Shown here one piece after another: positions 32,114-40,858 of a DNA stretch of 40,858 nucleotides (position 1 is its first letter; the number at the start of each line of letters is the position of its first letter). Both the position numbers and the translations under genes were made by a program. This DNA is from Ignavibacteria bacterium UBA6688. Lineage in GTDB: Bacteria; Bacteroidota; Ignavibacteria; UBA10030. The DNA lies in NCBI GenBank assembly GCA_002454845.1, contig DKJQ01000232.1, positions 4,819 to 45,676 of the forward strand. Direction: 5' to 3'. Under the pieces are notes generated by a model, which saw nothing but the letters and a program-made list of their open reading frames with translations, was not told where the DNA came from and ran no database searches.

Positions 32114-32976
32114 TCCTCTTCTTTCACGGTGGATTCCCCACTGCCCGATTGAACTAGTATCTCAACAGCATGCCGGGCCCGAAGGTTCTCGATGAACGTT
32201 GTGAGCAACCGTTGCCGGCGCGCCATGGCCAGCCGGCTGCGAATTTCATGCTCCACGTACGCCAGATCGGGGGTCTGTCCCTGGCGGTTCAACTTCCAGG
32301 GTATCAGGATATAAAAGCCATCATCCGTTCGAATGGGAAACGAAGGTTCGCTTCGTTTGGCCGCCACCGCAACCCGCCAGAGTTCGGCGGGGAATAGTGT
32401 GCTTTGGGTATAGTACATGGAATCAACATGGGCTACAAGAAGATCCGACGCCTGGGGGTCCCCAAGAACTTCCCGCATTGCATCTCCCCAGGGGGTACCG
32501 CGCAGAACGGCGGTGCGGAAGGTATTCGCCGCATCGCGGTCCGAGAACAGCACAAAACTCACGAGGGCGAGATCGCCAGGAAGCGTGAATTCACTCTGAT
32601 GCTCCCCGTAGTACGCCTCAACTTCTTCCGGCGAGCTGGCGAGCGTCTTCTCATTGTAAATTTCCTGATCCAACAACGCGTTGATCGCCAGTTGTCGCTT
32701 CACTTCTTCGAGCCGGGCGTTTACCGTCTCATCCCGGTCCAGCCCACGTCGCACCGCCTCACGAAACAGAATCTCGTTGTCGATCCATCGACGGATGAAC
32801 TCTTGCAACTGGGCTTCAGAGATGCCGTGCGTGGAATCCAATTGGGCGCGCACCGTTTCAAGCGTCAGGGTCCGATTGTCGATACGGGCGACCGGCGTCT
32901 GTGGCGATTCTGCCTTCTGGCAACCAGCACCGGCCAACACCAGGAGGGCGAGCAAGATGGCGTCAGTTGGCCGCAC
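32110..32976 (-). CDS. SurA-N-domain lipoprotein with degenerate parvulin-like domain
   Basis: 288 aa, GTG start. The signal peptide ends LVLAGAGC. The SurA-N-like region is [15 protein letters not shown]...[20 protein letters not shown]. The C-terminal half (ALVSFVLF...[10 protein letters not shown]) looks like a decayed PpiC fold. Confidence 0.6.
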   Translation of the reverse strand: MRPTDAILLALLVLAGAGCQKAESPQTPVARIDNRTLTLETVRAQLDSTHGISEAQLQEFIRRWIDNEILFREAVRRGLDRDETVNARLEEVKRQLAINALLDQEIYNEKTLASSPEEVEAYYGEHQSEFTLPGDLALVSFVLFSDRDAANTFRTAVLRGTPWGDAMREVLGDPQASDLLVAHVDSMYYTQSTLFPAELWRVAVAAKRSEPSFPIRTDDGFYILIPWKLNRQGQTPDLAYVEHEIRSRLAMARRQRLLTTFIENLRARHAVEILVQSGSGESTVKEEE

Positions 32977-34978
32977 TGCGTTTCCTCATAAACGCCTCCC
33001 CCAGGAGTTCCTTCCGAAGGGTCACGCCGTATTTTGTTTTCAGAGAATCAACCCACTCCGCCTCGCGCCGTTTCGAGGCATACTCCTGATAACCGCCGAG
33101 CAGGTCGGGAAGAGCCTCCTCGAACGTCTTGATACGGGCGCTATCCTTGGCAAGCACCTGGATGATTGACCAACCATCGGGATGATCGAACGGTGGGGGG
33201 ATGGAATCGGGAGGGAGGATCGCGGCATACCGCGCAACCAAGTTTGCGTCGTACGGAACAAAATCCCACAGTCCCTGCTTCTCTTTGAAACCCGGACGGG
33301 TGGTGTACTTTTCCGCCACCAAACGGAAGTCTGCTCCCTGTTGCAGCTCCATGTGAGCGACCTTGATCAGGCTGTCCGATTCGGTAAAAATCTCAAGGAA
33401 TTTCACTCGATTGGGAAAGCGGTAATTTTCCTTCGTCTCTTCATAATAGACTTTCATCAGCGAGTCGTTCTCCGGGAGTTTCTTCCATACTTCATCCTGC
33501 TCGATCCTGTACAACAGGATCCCATCCCGGTACTCCTCCATGAGTTTCGTGAACCCCTGGTGCCGTTCCGGAACCTTCTCCGCATGGAACTGGAGGATAT
33601 TCACTTCCACCATCCGCTGGACCATCTCCTCAACCTGGGAGACCGAGAGCCGGGTGCCCTTGAATTCCTGGGATGTGGTGATATACACGATGAAGTCGCC
33701 CACCGTTACGGTTTTTCCACCATAGGTAAAGAGTGTCCGGGGGTTCATGGCGGGCGGGACCATCTCGCTCCATAAGGAATCGGAAGAAGTTTTCGTACTG
33801 TCGAACATGTGCGTCAGTTGGTACAGGACCGGGACATCAAAACTAAACTCGTACTTTTTCTTCAGCCCATGGAGATACTGTTGGTAGTCGTCTGTGTACC
33901 TCATTTGTTGATACTGCTGACGCAACTCTTTTTCCAGTTCCTGGAATGTTCCGAGCCCCTTGAACTCCATGACCTTGAAAATATGATAGCCGTAAGACTG
34001 CCGGTTTGGCTCGGTGATGTCGCCGACCTCCATCGAGTAGAATTGATCGCCGATGTCCTTCGGCAATGCTTGACGGTCATACGTGCCAAGGTCGCCCCCC
34101 AGTGGACCAGCACGCTGGTCATCGTTCAACAGCCGGGATGCTTCGGCGAAATCCATACCATCCTTCAGCTTCCCGTAGATCGCCCAGATGGAATCCCTCA
34201 CGGCAAGCGAATCCTCTCCCGACTGGGAAAATCGCTTCAGGATATGTGCGACCCTGACTGCCCCACGGTACGGCTGGCGGCCCGTCACCTTGATGATGTG
34301 ATAGCCAAAGTTCGTCCGGGCGGGGAAGCGGGTGTATTCCCCCTCCTTCATCGAGAACGCTGCATCCTCGAACGGTGGAACCATCTGCCCGGCGCTGAAA
34401 AAACCCAGATCGCCTTTGTTGAAGGAGACACTTTGATCCTCCGAATAACTGACTGCCAGCGTATCAAAGCCGATCGTCGGCACGAGGGAAATGACTTTCA
34501 TCGCTTTCTCATAGGCCTCGAGCGTATCGTTGGGACTGGCCTCATTCTGCAGGCGGATGAGGATGTGGCTGGCATGGACTTCCGCTTTCCTTCGTTCATA
34601 CATCCCCCTGATCTGCGGCTCCACCAGCTCCTTTTCGAGCATGTAGGATGTTGCAACAGACGTGTTGTATCCCTTGAGCTCCTCCTGGATTGCCGGGTCG
34701 TCCAGGAGTCCCCGGCTGTATGCTTCCCGTACTTTCAGCTTGAATTTGACGAGCAGGTCGAGGAACCGTTCCCGTTCTTCCAGGGAGGAGGTTACCGATT
34801 TTTCCCATCCGCCGTTGTTCTTCGCAAATGAATCTTCGAACTCCTCGAGCGTCAGGACCTCACCGCCGATGGACCCGAGTGACGTCCCTTGGCGGGCAGA
34901 ACCCCCAGTCGTGGCACACCCGGCCAGGACAGCAACAACAGCAAACACCAGCATTCCCTGCATCATACGAATCGTCAT
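32963..34978 (-). CDS. PpiD/SurA-like multi-parvulin lipoprotein chaperone
   Basis: The ORF track extends to 35323. I prefer the ATG at 34978 ([21 protein letters not shown], perfect LAGC lipobox, GAGGA upstream). Parvulin domains are ASHILIR...[10 protein letters not shown]...FGYHIIKV and VAHILKR...GGDLGTYDR...YGYHIFKV. A third, degenerate copy lies near the C-terminus. Confidence 0.8.
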   Translation of the reverse strand: MTIRMMQGMLVFAVVAVLAGCATTGGSARQGTSLGSIGGEVLTLEEFEDSFAKNNGGWEKSVTSSLEERERFLDLLVKFKLKVREAYSRGLLDDPAIQEELKGYNTSVATSYMLEKELVEPQIRGMYERRKAEVHASHILIRLQNEASPNDTLEAYEKAMKVISLVPTIGFDTLAVSYSEDQSVSFNKGDLGFFSAGQMVPPFEDAAFSMKEGEYTRFPARTNFGYHIIKVTGRQPYRGAVRVAHILKRFSQSGEDSLAVRDSIWAIYGKLKDGMDFAEASRLLNDDQRAGPLGGDLGTYDRQALPKDIGDQFYSMEVGDITEPNRQSYGYHIFKVMEFKGLGTFQELEKELRQQYQQMRYTDDYQQYLHGLKKKYEFSFDVPVLYQLTHMFDSTKTSSDSLWSEMVPPAMNPRTLFTYGGKTVTVGDFIVYITTSQEFKGTRLSVSQVEEMVQRMVEVNILQFHAEKVPERHQGFTKLMEEYRDGILLYRIEQDEVWKKLPENDSLMKVYYEETKENYRFPNRVKFLEIFTESDSLIKVAHMELQQGADFRLVAEKYTTRPGFKEKQGLWDFVPYDANLVARYAAILPPDSIPPPFDHPDGWSIIQVLAKDSARIKTFEEALPDLLGGYQEYASKRREAEWVDSLKTKYGVTLRKELLGEAFMRKRSAAN

Positions 34979-35196
34979 TGCCAATCCTCTGATTTCTGAG
35001 TGAATTCGACGGAAAAACGTTGAAACCACAAAAAAGTAACCAAATTTGCCTCGGCACGCAAGGGAATAAGCTCTACGCCCAGCCCGGGATAATGGCAACG
35101 AATCGGGTCGGGAGAAGAAACCAAGGGAGAGTTTGAGGGGAGAAATGAGGTGAGATTCTGGAATGATCCTTCCGTCACACAGAACATGACACGGAT

Positions 35197-35224
35197 CGAA
35201 AAGGATGGATCGGGCCCCATCCCC
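35197..35224 (-). terminator. Possible weak terminator after the gldAFG-DUF4340 operon
   Basis: On the minus strand: GGATGG (35222-35217), 8-nt loop, CCATCC (35208-35203), then TTTTCG. It lies 24 nt downstream of the stop at 35248. Confidence 0.3.
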
Positions 35225-35247
35225 TTTCCCGATACGGTTTCTCTGTG

Positions 35248-36147
35248 CTACGCTCCAACCTGCACAATTTCTTTTTTTCTCTTCAGCACCTGATTTGCGC
35301 GCCAGTTCGAAACGGTATACCACTGCGGTGCGAGGGAGGAGCGAACCATATAGGTGTCGGTTTCTTTGACATAATGGAAGGCAAGCTGAACACCGGCAAA
35401 CGAAAGGGTCGCAGTGAGACGCGGGAGCGCAACCGAAGGGGTGTCGATGAAATCATCCCCCTGGAAATTCACAAGCGAAGAGAGGATCCCTTCAACCACC
35501 GTTCCTTGGGCGGGTTCGCTCCCGATAAACCAGAGACTGTCCTTAAACTCCAGGGTAAACGTTGTGTCCCCGAACTGATACGTCACCTGTTTGATCGTCT
35601 CCTTCGGGATGAAGGCAATTGAGCGGTCCCGCCATTCCTTGACCGAGCGAGTGAAAATGTAGTTCATCATGTTACTCACGAGCACGACCTCTTGAGAGCC
35701 TTTCCTCCGTGCGTAGGTCTCGGAAAACGTGGGTCCCGTTTTACCAAGAATAAAGGAGGCTGTTTCATTTCCTCCCTCGTATAAGGTCACCTGTGTTCCA
35801 GTGGAGTCGACCTGAAACATCGATTGTTTTTCCGGATTACTGGAGACTACATTTTTGACCTCCAGATTCTTCGACTGGTGGATGAGCTGGGCAACATTCC
35901 CCTGGTCGGCGCGAAACATAAGCGGATGCCGCAGATACCACTCAACCCCCTGTTTCTCGAGAACGATGTCGAGGGAAGGGGATTGCAGACGGATTTTATC
36001 CAGGGCAAGTGAATCGATTGAGGCAAGAAACTCACCTGTCGATGTGGAAGAGCTCTGCTCCCCCGGTTTCTGCAGGACAAGATAGGCAACGAGGATCAGG
36101 ACAACCAGGACTCCGACCAGAACGACTGTTGAACGATTCATAATCAT
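35248..36147 (-). CDS. DUF4340-like single-pass membrane protein (usual partner of GldG-type proteins)
   Basis: 299 aa with N-terminal anchor [25 protein letters not shown]. It starts 7 nt after the gldG stop. The position and architecture are typical of DUF4340. Confidence 0.7.
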   Translation of the reverse strand: MIMNRSTVVLVGVLVVLILVAYLVLQKPGEQSSSTSTGEFLASIDSLALDKIRLQSPSLDIVLEKQGVEWYLRHPLMFRADQGNVAQLIHQSKNLEVKNVVSSNPEKQSMFQVDSTGTQVTLYEGGNETASFILGKTGPTFSETYARRKGSQEVVLVSNMMNYIFTRSVKEWRDRSIAFIPKETIKQVTYQFGDTTFTLEFKDSLWFIGSEPAQGTVVEGILSSLVNFQGDDFIDTPSVALPRLTATLSFAGVQLAFHYVKETDTYMVRSSLAPQWYTVSNWRANQVLKRKKEIVQVGA

Positions 36148-36154
36148 CAGCTTT

Positions 36155-37699
36155 TTATGATTGTGCTTCCATCATCCGTTTGAACGTGACCCGCCGGCGC
36201 CAACGGAACAGTCCGTAGAGAACGATGAGAAGCGGCGGGCCGGCGAGGTTTGCATACTTGAGGAGCTGTTTGGTGCCATCCGATACCTGCTCCAGCGGCG
36301 GCGTTGCAACATTCTTCGTCCGGATTGTGATCAGCCCCGCGTCATCGGCAAGATAATCCACGATATTGGCAAAGAGGGTCATGTTGGCCCTGTTGCTCAG
36401 GTAGTCATCCTTCATAAAATCGCCGTCACCGAAAATCAGGATTTGCGTCTCCGGACTTTGTTCGGCGGAGCCGGCGGGTTGCTTTCCCGCAAAAAAACTC
36501 TTGAACGATCCATAGACCAGCGCGGCCAGCGGGATGTGCTGTTCCGCCAACTCGGCGGGGGTGTAGCGCTGGAACGGATCGATCGTGAAGAAACCGGTCT
36601 GGCGGCCGCTCTGCTTTGATGTGCTGAACAACACCTGCACACTCAATCCTTTCGCCGCGGCAAGACTCGTATCCACGGAGCTCGTAAATGGAAGTACGAT
36701 TGCCTGCAGGTCTTTGACAATCGGGTTGTCTTCGTTGAAGTTCGAGACAATGGGGATATACGGGAACGGCACCTGGCTCTGGAACGTGAATCCGCCTTGT
36801 TGCTGCATAACGGAAATGTTGGCGCACTGTGCATCCCTGATGAGGTCCGGATTGATGCGGATGCCATAATGCTCCAGGAGGTCGTCAAGACCCAATTCAA
36901 CGGTCGACCCGAACCGGGCCTGTAAATTCGCGTTGACGCGGTTCAACAGAAAGGCGATCTTGCCGCCGCGCATAAGGTATTGGTCCAGATTGAACTTCGC
37001 CGTATCGGAAAATCGCGCCGAAGGAGCGATCACCAGAAGCGCTGCGATATCGCCGGGGACGGACTCCATGCGCGTGAGATCGACCGGCACGAGGTCGTAC
37101 TGCAGGTTCAGGGTCTGCTGAACCTGCCGGAGGCTGCCCGGTTCCGCTTCCTGCTGTCCCGTGGAGTAGGCGATTTTCTTTTTGGAACGCGCCGTCAACC
37201 GTTTCAACGCACTGCTGATATCGTATTCCAACGAGCCAAGGTTTTGAATGACGGGAAGGACTTCTTTCCGATCCTCGTAGAGCATCACGAGCCCGAGGTA
37301 CCCGCGCTTGATTTCAAACTTATCCTCTTTCACCACCTGGACCTGGACCGGCGCGATCCCCTGCTGCTGCGCCTCTTCCTCCCCCTTTTCCCCTTCGGGG
37401 TTGATAAAATCGAAGTGCAGGTTCCCGCCGGCATAGGCTCTGTAGTCATTCAGAATGTCCAACACGGCGCGGCGGTTGTTGTTGTACGGAGCGGGGAGGT
37501 CCTCCGTGAAATAGGCTTTGACCGTCACGCGGTCGTCCAGCGACCCGACGATGTTCTTGCTGGCGTCCGAAAGGGTATAAACGTTCTGACTCGTGAGGTC
37601 GAGGCGCCCGAACAACCGCACGGAGATCACATTCACCACCACAAGGATGCCAAGAATTAACAACGTTCGAATGAGGGCTTGTGTCTTTTTGGCTTTCAT
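36155..37699 (-). CDS. gldG: GldG-family ABC-transporter auxiliary protein
   Basis: 514 aa. The N-terminal TM region is LIRTLLILGILVVVNVISVRLFGRLDLTSQNVYTLSDAS. The C-terminal TM is LAGPPLLIVLYGLFRWRRR. A large periplasmic domain lies between them. Confidence 0.85.
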   Translation of the reverse strand: MKAKKTQALIRTLLILGILVVVNVISVRLFGRLDLTSQNVYTLSDASKNIVGSLDDRVTVKAYFTEDLPAPYNNNRRAVLDILNDYRAYAGGNLHFDFINPEGEKGEEEAQQQGIAPVQVQVVKEDKFEIKRGYLGLVMLYEDRKEVLPVIQNLGSLEYDISSALKRLTARSKKKIAYSTGQQEAEPGSLRQVQQTLNLQYDLVPVDLTRMESVPGDIAALLVIAPSARFSDTAKFNLDQYLMRGGKIAFLLNRVNANLQARFGSTVELGLDDLLEHYGIRINPDLIRDAQCANISVMQQQGGFTFQSQVPFPYIPIVSNFNEDNPIVKDLQAIVLPFTSSVDTSLAAAKGLSVQVLFSTSKQSGRQTGFFTIDPFQRYTPAELAEQHIPLAALVYGSFKSFFAGKQPAGSAEQSPETQILIFGDGDFMKDDYLSNRANMTLFANIVDYLADDAGLITIRTKNVATPPLEQVSDGTKQLLKYANLAGPPLLIVLYGLFRWRRRVTFKRMMEAQS

Positions 37700-37748
37700 G
37701 TCTTTATATTTTTATACTTCGATACTTTCCTGCCATACAATATGTCCG

Positions 37749-38507
37749 CTACCACTTTCTCCGTTCCAGCGAAAGGACGGAGAGATAGAGGGTGAATCCG
37801 AGCAATGAGAGGAAATAGAGAACATCCCGCGAGTCGACCACGCCCCGCGCGATGTTCGAAAAATGATAATCGACGCTCAGAAACTCGACGATGCTCGTCA
37901 ATCCTTCCGGCACGTAGAGCAGGACCTTGTCGAGCATGAAGAAGAGGAACACCAGGACAAACCCGACAATGAACGCTATCACCTGATTGTCCGTGAGGCT
38001 CGATGCGAACAGGCCCATGGCAACATAGATCCCCGCCATCAACATCAGTCCGAAATATCCCCCAAAGACCGGTCCGCTATCGATATCCCCCAGCGCGGCA
38101 ATCGTGAAGTAATACACCAGCGTCAGGAGCAGGCTAACACCGACCAACGCCCATGCGGCCAGGAACTTCCCCAGCACGATCTCGACATCGATCAGCGGCT
38201 TGGTCGTGAGAAGCTCGATCGTCCCCGACTTTTTCTCCTCGGACAGCAGTCTCATAGTGACAGCCGGTATGATAAACATGAACACGATCGGCACCAGCTC
38301 AAACATCAACCGGAGCGATGCGGTGTTCGCCAGGAAGAGGGCGTTGCTATGAAACCAGCCTACGATCGCGAGGAACACAACGATGACCACGTAGGCCACC
38401 GCCGAATTGAAGTACGACCGCAGCTCTTTTTGAAAAATCGTTCCGACGTTCGTCAGGCTTCTCTTGAAATCCATTTCCGTACCATTGATTGATCTTTGTC
38501 GTACCAT
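37749..38507 (-). CDS. gldF: GldF-like ABC-2 type permease
   Basis: The sequence IFQKELRSYFNSAVAYVVIVVFL...IPAVTMRLLSEEKKSGTIELLTTKP is typical of GldF. An alternative ATG at 38474 (MDFKRSL) is equally plausible. Confidence 0.8.
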   Translation of the reverse strand: MVRQRSINGTEMDFKRSLTNVGTIFQKELRSYFNSAVAYVVIVVFLAIVGWFHSNALFLANTASLRLMFELVPIVFMFIIPAVTMRLLSEEKKSGTIELLTTKPLIDVEIVLGKFLAAWALVGVSLLLTLVYYFTIAALGDIDSGPVFGGYFGLMLMAGIYVAMGLFASSLTDNQVIAFIVGFVLVFLFFMLDKVLLYVPEGLTSIVEFLSVDYHFSNIARGVVDSRDVLYFLSLLGFTLYLSVLSLERRKW

Positions 38508-38564
38508 TTGAGACCAAAAGTCATCTCAAAAATCCCCCTTCGTTATGGCCGCTCAAAGCGTCCA

Positions 38565-39509
38565 TCAGAGCTTCGTCAGCTTATGAAAAACCTCTTCCAG
38601 GCTCGTCACCTTTCGAGTCAGTTCCAACAGCACCCACCGCTCCTGCACTGCCTGCCGGAAGATTTCCTCCCGGATATCGCTCCCTTTTGCCGCGAAAAGA
38701 GAAAACCGGTGGCACCCGTTCTCCCCTCCTCCGTACTCCACCGACTCCACGCTGGACAGCGCTTTCAATTTGGGGAAGATCTCAGCCATTGGGTTTGCCA
38801 CTTGCGCCCTGAGCTCGATCGCAATGGACTCCGACCCACGAAATTTCTGTTGAAGTTCTTCCGGCGTCCCGTCCGCCACAATCGCACCGTCGTTCACAAT
38901 GATGACGCGGTCGCAGGTCGCTTGAACTTCCGAAAGGATATGAGTGGAAAGGATGACTGTTTTCGCCCTGCCGAGCTGTCGGATAAGGTTGCGGATCTCC
39001 ACGATCTGGTTCGGATCGAGCCCGCTGGTCGGCTCATCGAGAATCAGCACCTCGGGGTCATGGATCATCGCCTGGGCAAGGCCCACACGCTGTTTGTACC
39101 CCTTGGATAATTCACCGATGTCCTTGTGGCGGACCTCCTTCAATCCACACACCTCGATCATCGAGGCAAGTTGTCGTTTCAGCGTCGCTTTATCGATGCC
39201 GTGGAGCCGGGCGGCGTACTCGAGATATTCCACCACGTTCATATCGAGATACAGTGGATTGAGCTCGGGCAAGTAACCGATTTTGCGCCGTACTTCCAGC
39301 GAGTGATCCGCGATGGTGTGCCCGTCCACATCCACCGTCCCCTTCGACGGCGGCATGTAGCAGGTAATGATTTTCATCGTCGTGGTCTTCCCGGCGCCGT
39401 TGGGACCGAGGAATCCGAGAATCTCTCCGGTTTTGACATCGAAGGAGATATCGTCGATGGCTTTTTCCTGCCCGTAATACTTGGTCAGGTTGCGAACCGT
39501 GATGGCCAT
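38565..39509 (-). CDS. gldA: GldA-like ABC transporter ATP-binding protein
   Basis: 314 aa. Walker A is GFLGPNGAGKTTT, the signature is LSKGYKQRVGLAQA, and Walker B is VLILDEPTSGLDP. By recollection it is collinear with Flavobacterium GldA over the whole NBD. Confidence 0.9.
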   Translation of the reverse strand: MAITVRNLTKYYGQEKAIDDISFDVKTGEILGFLGPNGAGKTTTMKIITCYMPPSKGTVDVDGHTIADHSLEVRRKIGYLPELNPLYLDMNVVEYLEYAARLHGIDKATLKRQLASMIEVCGLKEVRHKDIGELSKGYKQRVGLAQAMIHDPEVLILDEPTSGLDPNQIVEIRNLIRQLGRAKTVILSTHILSEVQATCDRVIIVNDGAIVADGTPEELQQKFRGSESIAIELRAQVANPMAEIFPKLKALSSVESVEYGGGENGCHRFSLFAAKGSDIREEIFRQAVQERWVLLELTRKVTSLEEVFHKLTKL

Positions 39510-39586
39510 GCTGGTTTCTTGATCGTGTTGGACGCGTCTGCTTGAATGTGAGCCATTGTTTCCGCCGTTCCAAAAACAGCGGTGTG

Positions 39587-39615
39587 ATTTTAAAGAAAAA
39601 GAGAAAAAATGTCAA
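39587..39615 (-). promoter_or_regulatory. Near-consensus sigma70 promoter upstream of gldA
   Basis: On the minus strand: TTGACA (39615-39610), 17-nt T-rich spacer, TAAAAT (39592-39587). This implies a leader of about 70 nt to the ATG at 39509. Confidence 0.5.
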
Positions 39616-39662
39616 GGAAAAAAGGACAACGGCACAGAGATCCTGCGGGCGACCGCGGCTTT

Positions 39663-40733
39663 TTAGAAAAGGGTGAATTGGTCGCGGGGCGCACGTCGGA
39701 AGTGCTCTGTGGAAAGTCGCAGTTTCGTCCTGTTCAAACCGTACCGGCGACAATGCAATGCAAACAGTTGTTCGATGGCTTCCGCGATGGGCCCCTCACC
39801 GGTCATGCGTTTCCCGAATTCCGATTCCGACATCTTTCCGTCCCGCACGCTTCGGATGCGGTTGAGGATCTTCGCCCCCGACTCGGGCAACTCCCGTTCC
39901 ACCCACTCGACGAACAGATCCTTCACCGCCAGCGGAAGGCGCACCAGGGTGTGCCCGGCGGACGTTGCGCCGCGATCGGCGGCCTCCTTGAGAATCGCGG
40001 GCATCTCGGCATCCGTCAGGCCCGGAATCAACGGCGCAACATTGACACCGACGGGTATGCCATGACGCGCAAGCGCCTCTATGGTCTCGAGCCTTTTGAC
40101 GGGCGTCGACGTTCTGGGTTCCATCTTTCGTATCAACCCGGCGTTCAGCGAGGTCACGGAGATCACCACCACAACCAGGTTGAAGGCGGCAAGCTCTTTC
40201 AAAATATCGATATCACGCTGAACGAGAGCGTTCTTGGTGATGATGGCGAGAGGGTTCCGGAACCGGCTGAAGACCTCCAGGCACCCGCGGGTAATTCCGA
40301 GCTTCCGCTCGATAGGCTGGTAACAATCGGTGTTGCCGGATAACACGACAACCTCCGGCTTCCATGAACGCGCATGGAACTGGTCTTCGAGAAGTCGTGC
40401 CGCGTCCGTCTTGACCAGGATTTTTGTTTCGAAATCGATGCCGGAGGAGAAACCGAGGTATTCGTGCGAAGGCCGGGCATAGCAATAGATGCATCCGTGC
40501 TCGCAACCGCGGTATGGGTTCAGGCTGTAGGTGAACCCGATATCGGGGCTGTCATTGCTGGCCAGGATCGATTTGGTGTGATCGAAATAGTACCGGGTGA
40601 GAATCTTCCGATCCGGATCGGGGGCCTCAAAGTAGCGGGCGAGATCCTCGGGAGGTGCTCCCACATGGAGTTCTTCGAACCGGTTCGGGGGATTGAATCC
40701 GGCACCGCGCCCTTTCACGTCCAAGGGGAGCAT
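39663..40733 (-). CDS. PA0069-family radical SAM protein (SplB-like, COG1533)
   Basis: 356 aa. The N-terminus is KGRGAGFNPPNRFE. The CxxxCxxC cluster is YRGCEHGCIYCYAR. Confidence 0.85.
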   Translation of the reverse strand: MLPLDVKGRGAGFNPPNRFEELHVGAPPEDLARYFEAPDPDRKILTRYYFDHTKSILASNDSPDIGFTYSLNPYRGCEHGCIYCYARPSHEYLGFSSGIDFETKILVKTDAARLLEDQFHARSWKPEVVVLSGNTDCYQPIERKLGITRGCLEVFSRFRNPLAIITKNALVQRDIDILKELAAFNLVVVVISVTSLNAGLIRKMEPRTSTPVKRLETIEALARHGIPVGVNVAPLIPGLTDAEMPAILKEAADRGATSAGHTLVRLPLAVKDLFVEWVERELPESGAKILNRIRSVRDGKMSESEFGKRMTGEGPIAEAIEQLFALHCRRYGLNRTKLRLSTEHFRRAPRDQFTLF

Positions 40734-40858
40734 GATCCATAACGGTTGAGCAGTGTGTGAAGAGACCTCTTTTCATTATCCACGAGGGTCACCGAGGGCA
40801 CAAACAAAAATTCTTAGTCGAAAACAGAAACCTGCTAGTGTCGCGTTCCGAAAAAAAA

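Noticed and set aside
33809-34831. 340-aa plus-strand ORF. Similar long plus-strand ORFs lie at 28428-29339, 10401-11276, 9854-10687, 18407-19204, 29855-30613, 36980-37660, 37863-38492 and 39609-40343.
   Set aside because: Each lies entirely antisense to a minus-strand gene that has clear family motifs. Their translations are low-complexity and rich in Arg, His, Asp and Pro, with no recognisable motifs. These are shadow ORFs typical of GC-rich coding DNA.
34975-35220. 81-aa minus-strand ORF in the 269-nt gap between DUF4340 and the PpiD-like gene
   Set aside because: It overlaps the proposed terminator and the start of the PpiD-like gene. It has no ribosome-binding site and no recognisable features. 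It is more likely promoter or leader DNA.
1-40858. Search for CRISPR arrays, tRNA/rRNA genes, IS elements, integrases, prophage genes, toxin-antitoxin pairs, restriction-modification or other defence genes (nucleases, helicases, methyltransferases, reverse transcriptases)
   Set aside because: I found none: no spaced direct repeats, no cloverleaf-like intergenic sequences, and no ORF with transposase, recombinase, nuclease or methyltransferase motifs. The window looks like chromosomal envelope and detoxification genes, not a mobile or defence island.
40841-40858. Terminal A8 run at the end of the window and GATC at position 1, as possible biological signals
   Set aside because: These are most likely contig or window edges. 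There is no matching repeat at the other end, so they are not terminal repeats of an element.

Overview
The window holds about 31 protein-coding genes and no rRNA, tRNA, CRISPR array, transposase or integrase that I can recognise. Gene content points to the FCB superphylum: three proteins carry type IX secretion (T9SS) C-terminal sorting domains, and there is a gldA-gldF-gldG-DUF4340 operon and a PorV/PorQ-like barrel. Many genes nevertheless have strong AAGGAG/GGAG Shine-Dalgarno sites, and two sigma70-like promoters are visible. By inference this suggests a non-Bacteroidia lineage such as an Ignavibacteriota- or Rhodothermota-like organism.

Layout:
- 40-3616 (minus): exported amidase, a membrane protein, an SRPBCC protein, and a His-rich secreted protein.
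- 3911-7256 (plus): a MarR-controlled aromatic/quinone detoxification cluster (MhqO-like ring-cleaving dioxygenase, muconolactone-isomerase-like protein, CatE-like VOC protein, YceI). It has an operator-like palindrome over its promoter and ends in a perfect 16-bp bidirectional terminator.
- 7373-40733: every gene is on the minus strand. In transcription order (40733 down to 7373):
  - PA0069-type radical SAM protein.
  - gldA/F/G plus DUF4340.
  - Three tandem parvulin/SurA-type chaperone genes.
  - MoxR ATPase, T9SS-tagged S8 subtilase and a BatA-like VWA membrane protein.
  - Esterase.
  - Exported beta-lactamase-fold::VanX/DdpX fusion.
  - The six-gene outer-membrane operon at 22035-11213.
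  - ArsB/NhaD-type permease.
  - HGSNAT-like acyltransferase.
  - CDF metal transporter.

The best candidate for an undescribed system is the six-gene operon at 11213-22035. It encodes two T9SS-tagged proteins of unknown function, an unknown lipoprotein, a SusC-like TonB-dependent receptor, a PorV-like barrel and an NHL-propeller lipoprotein. The last three are translationally coupled, and no SusD or SprA partner is present.

All functional calls come from motif and family recognition by eye. No database search was run.
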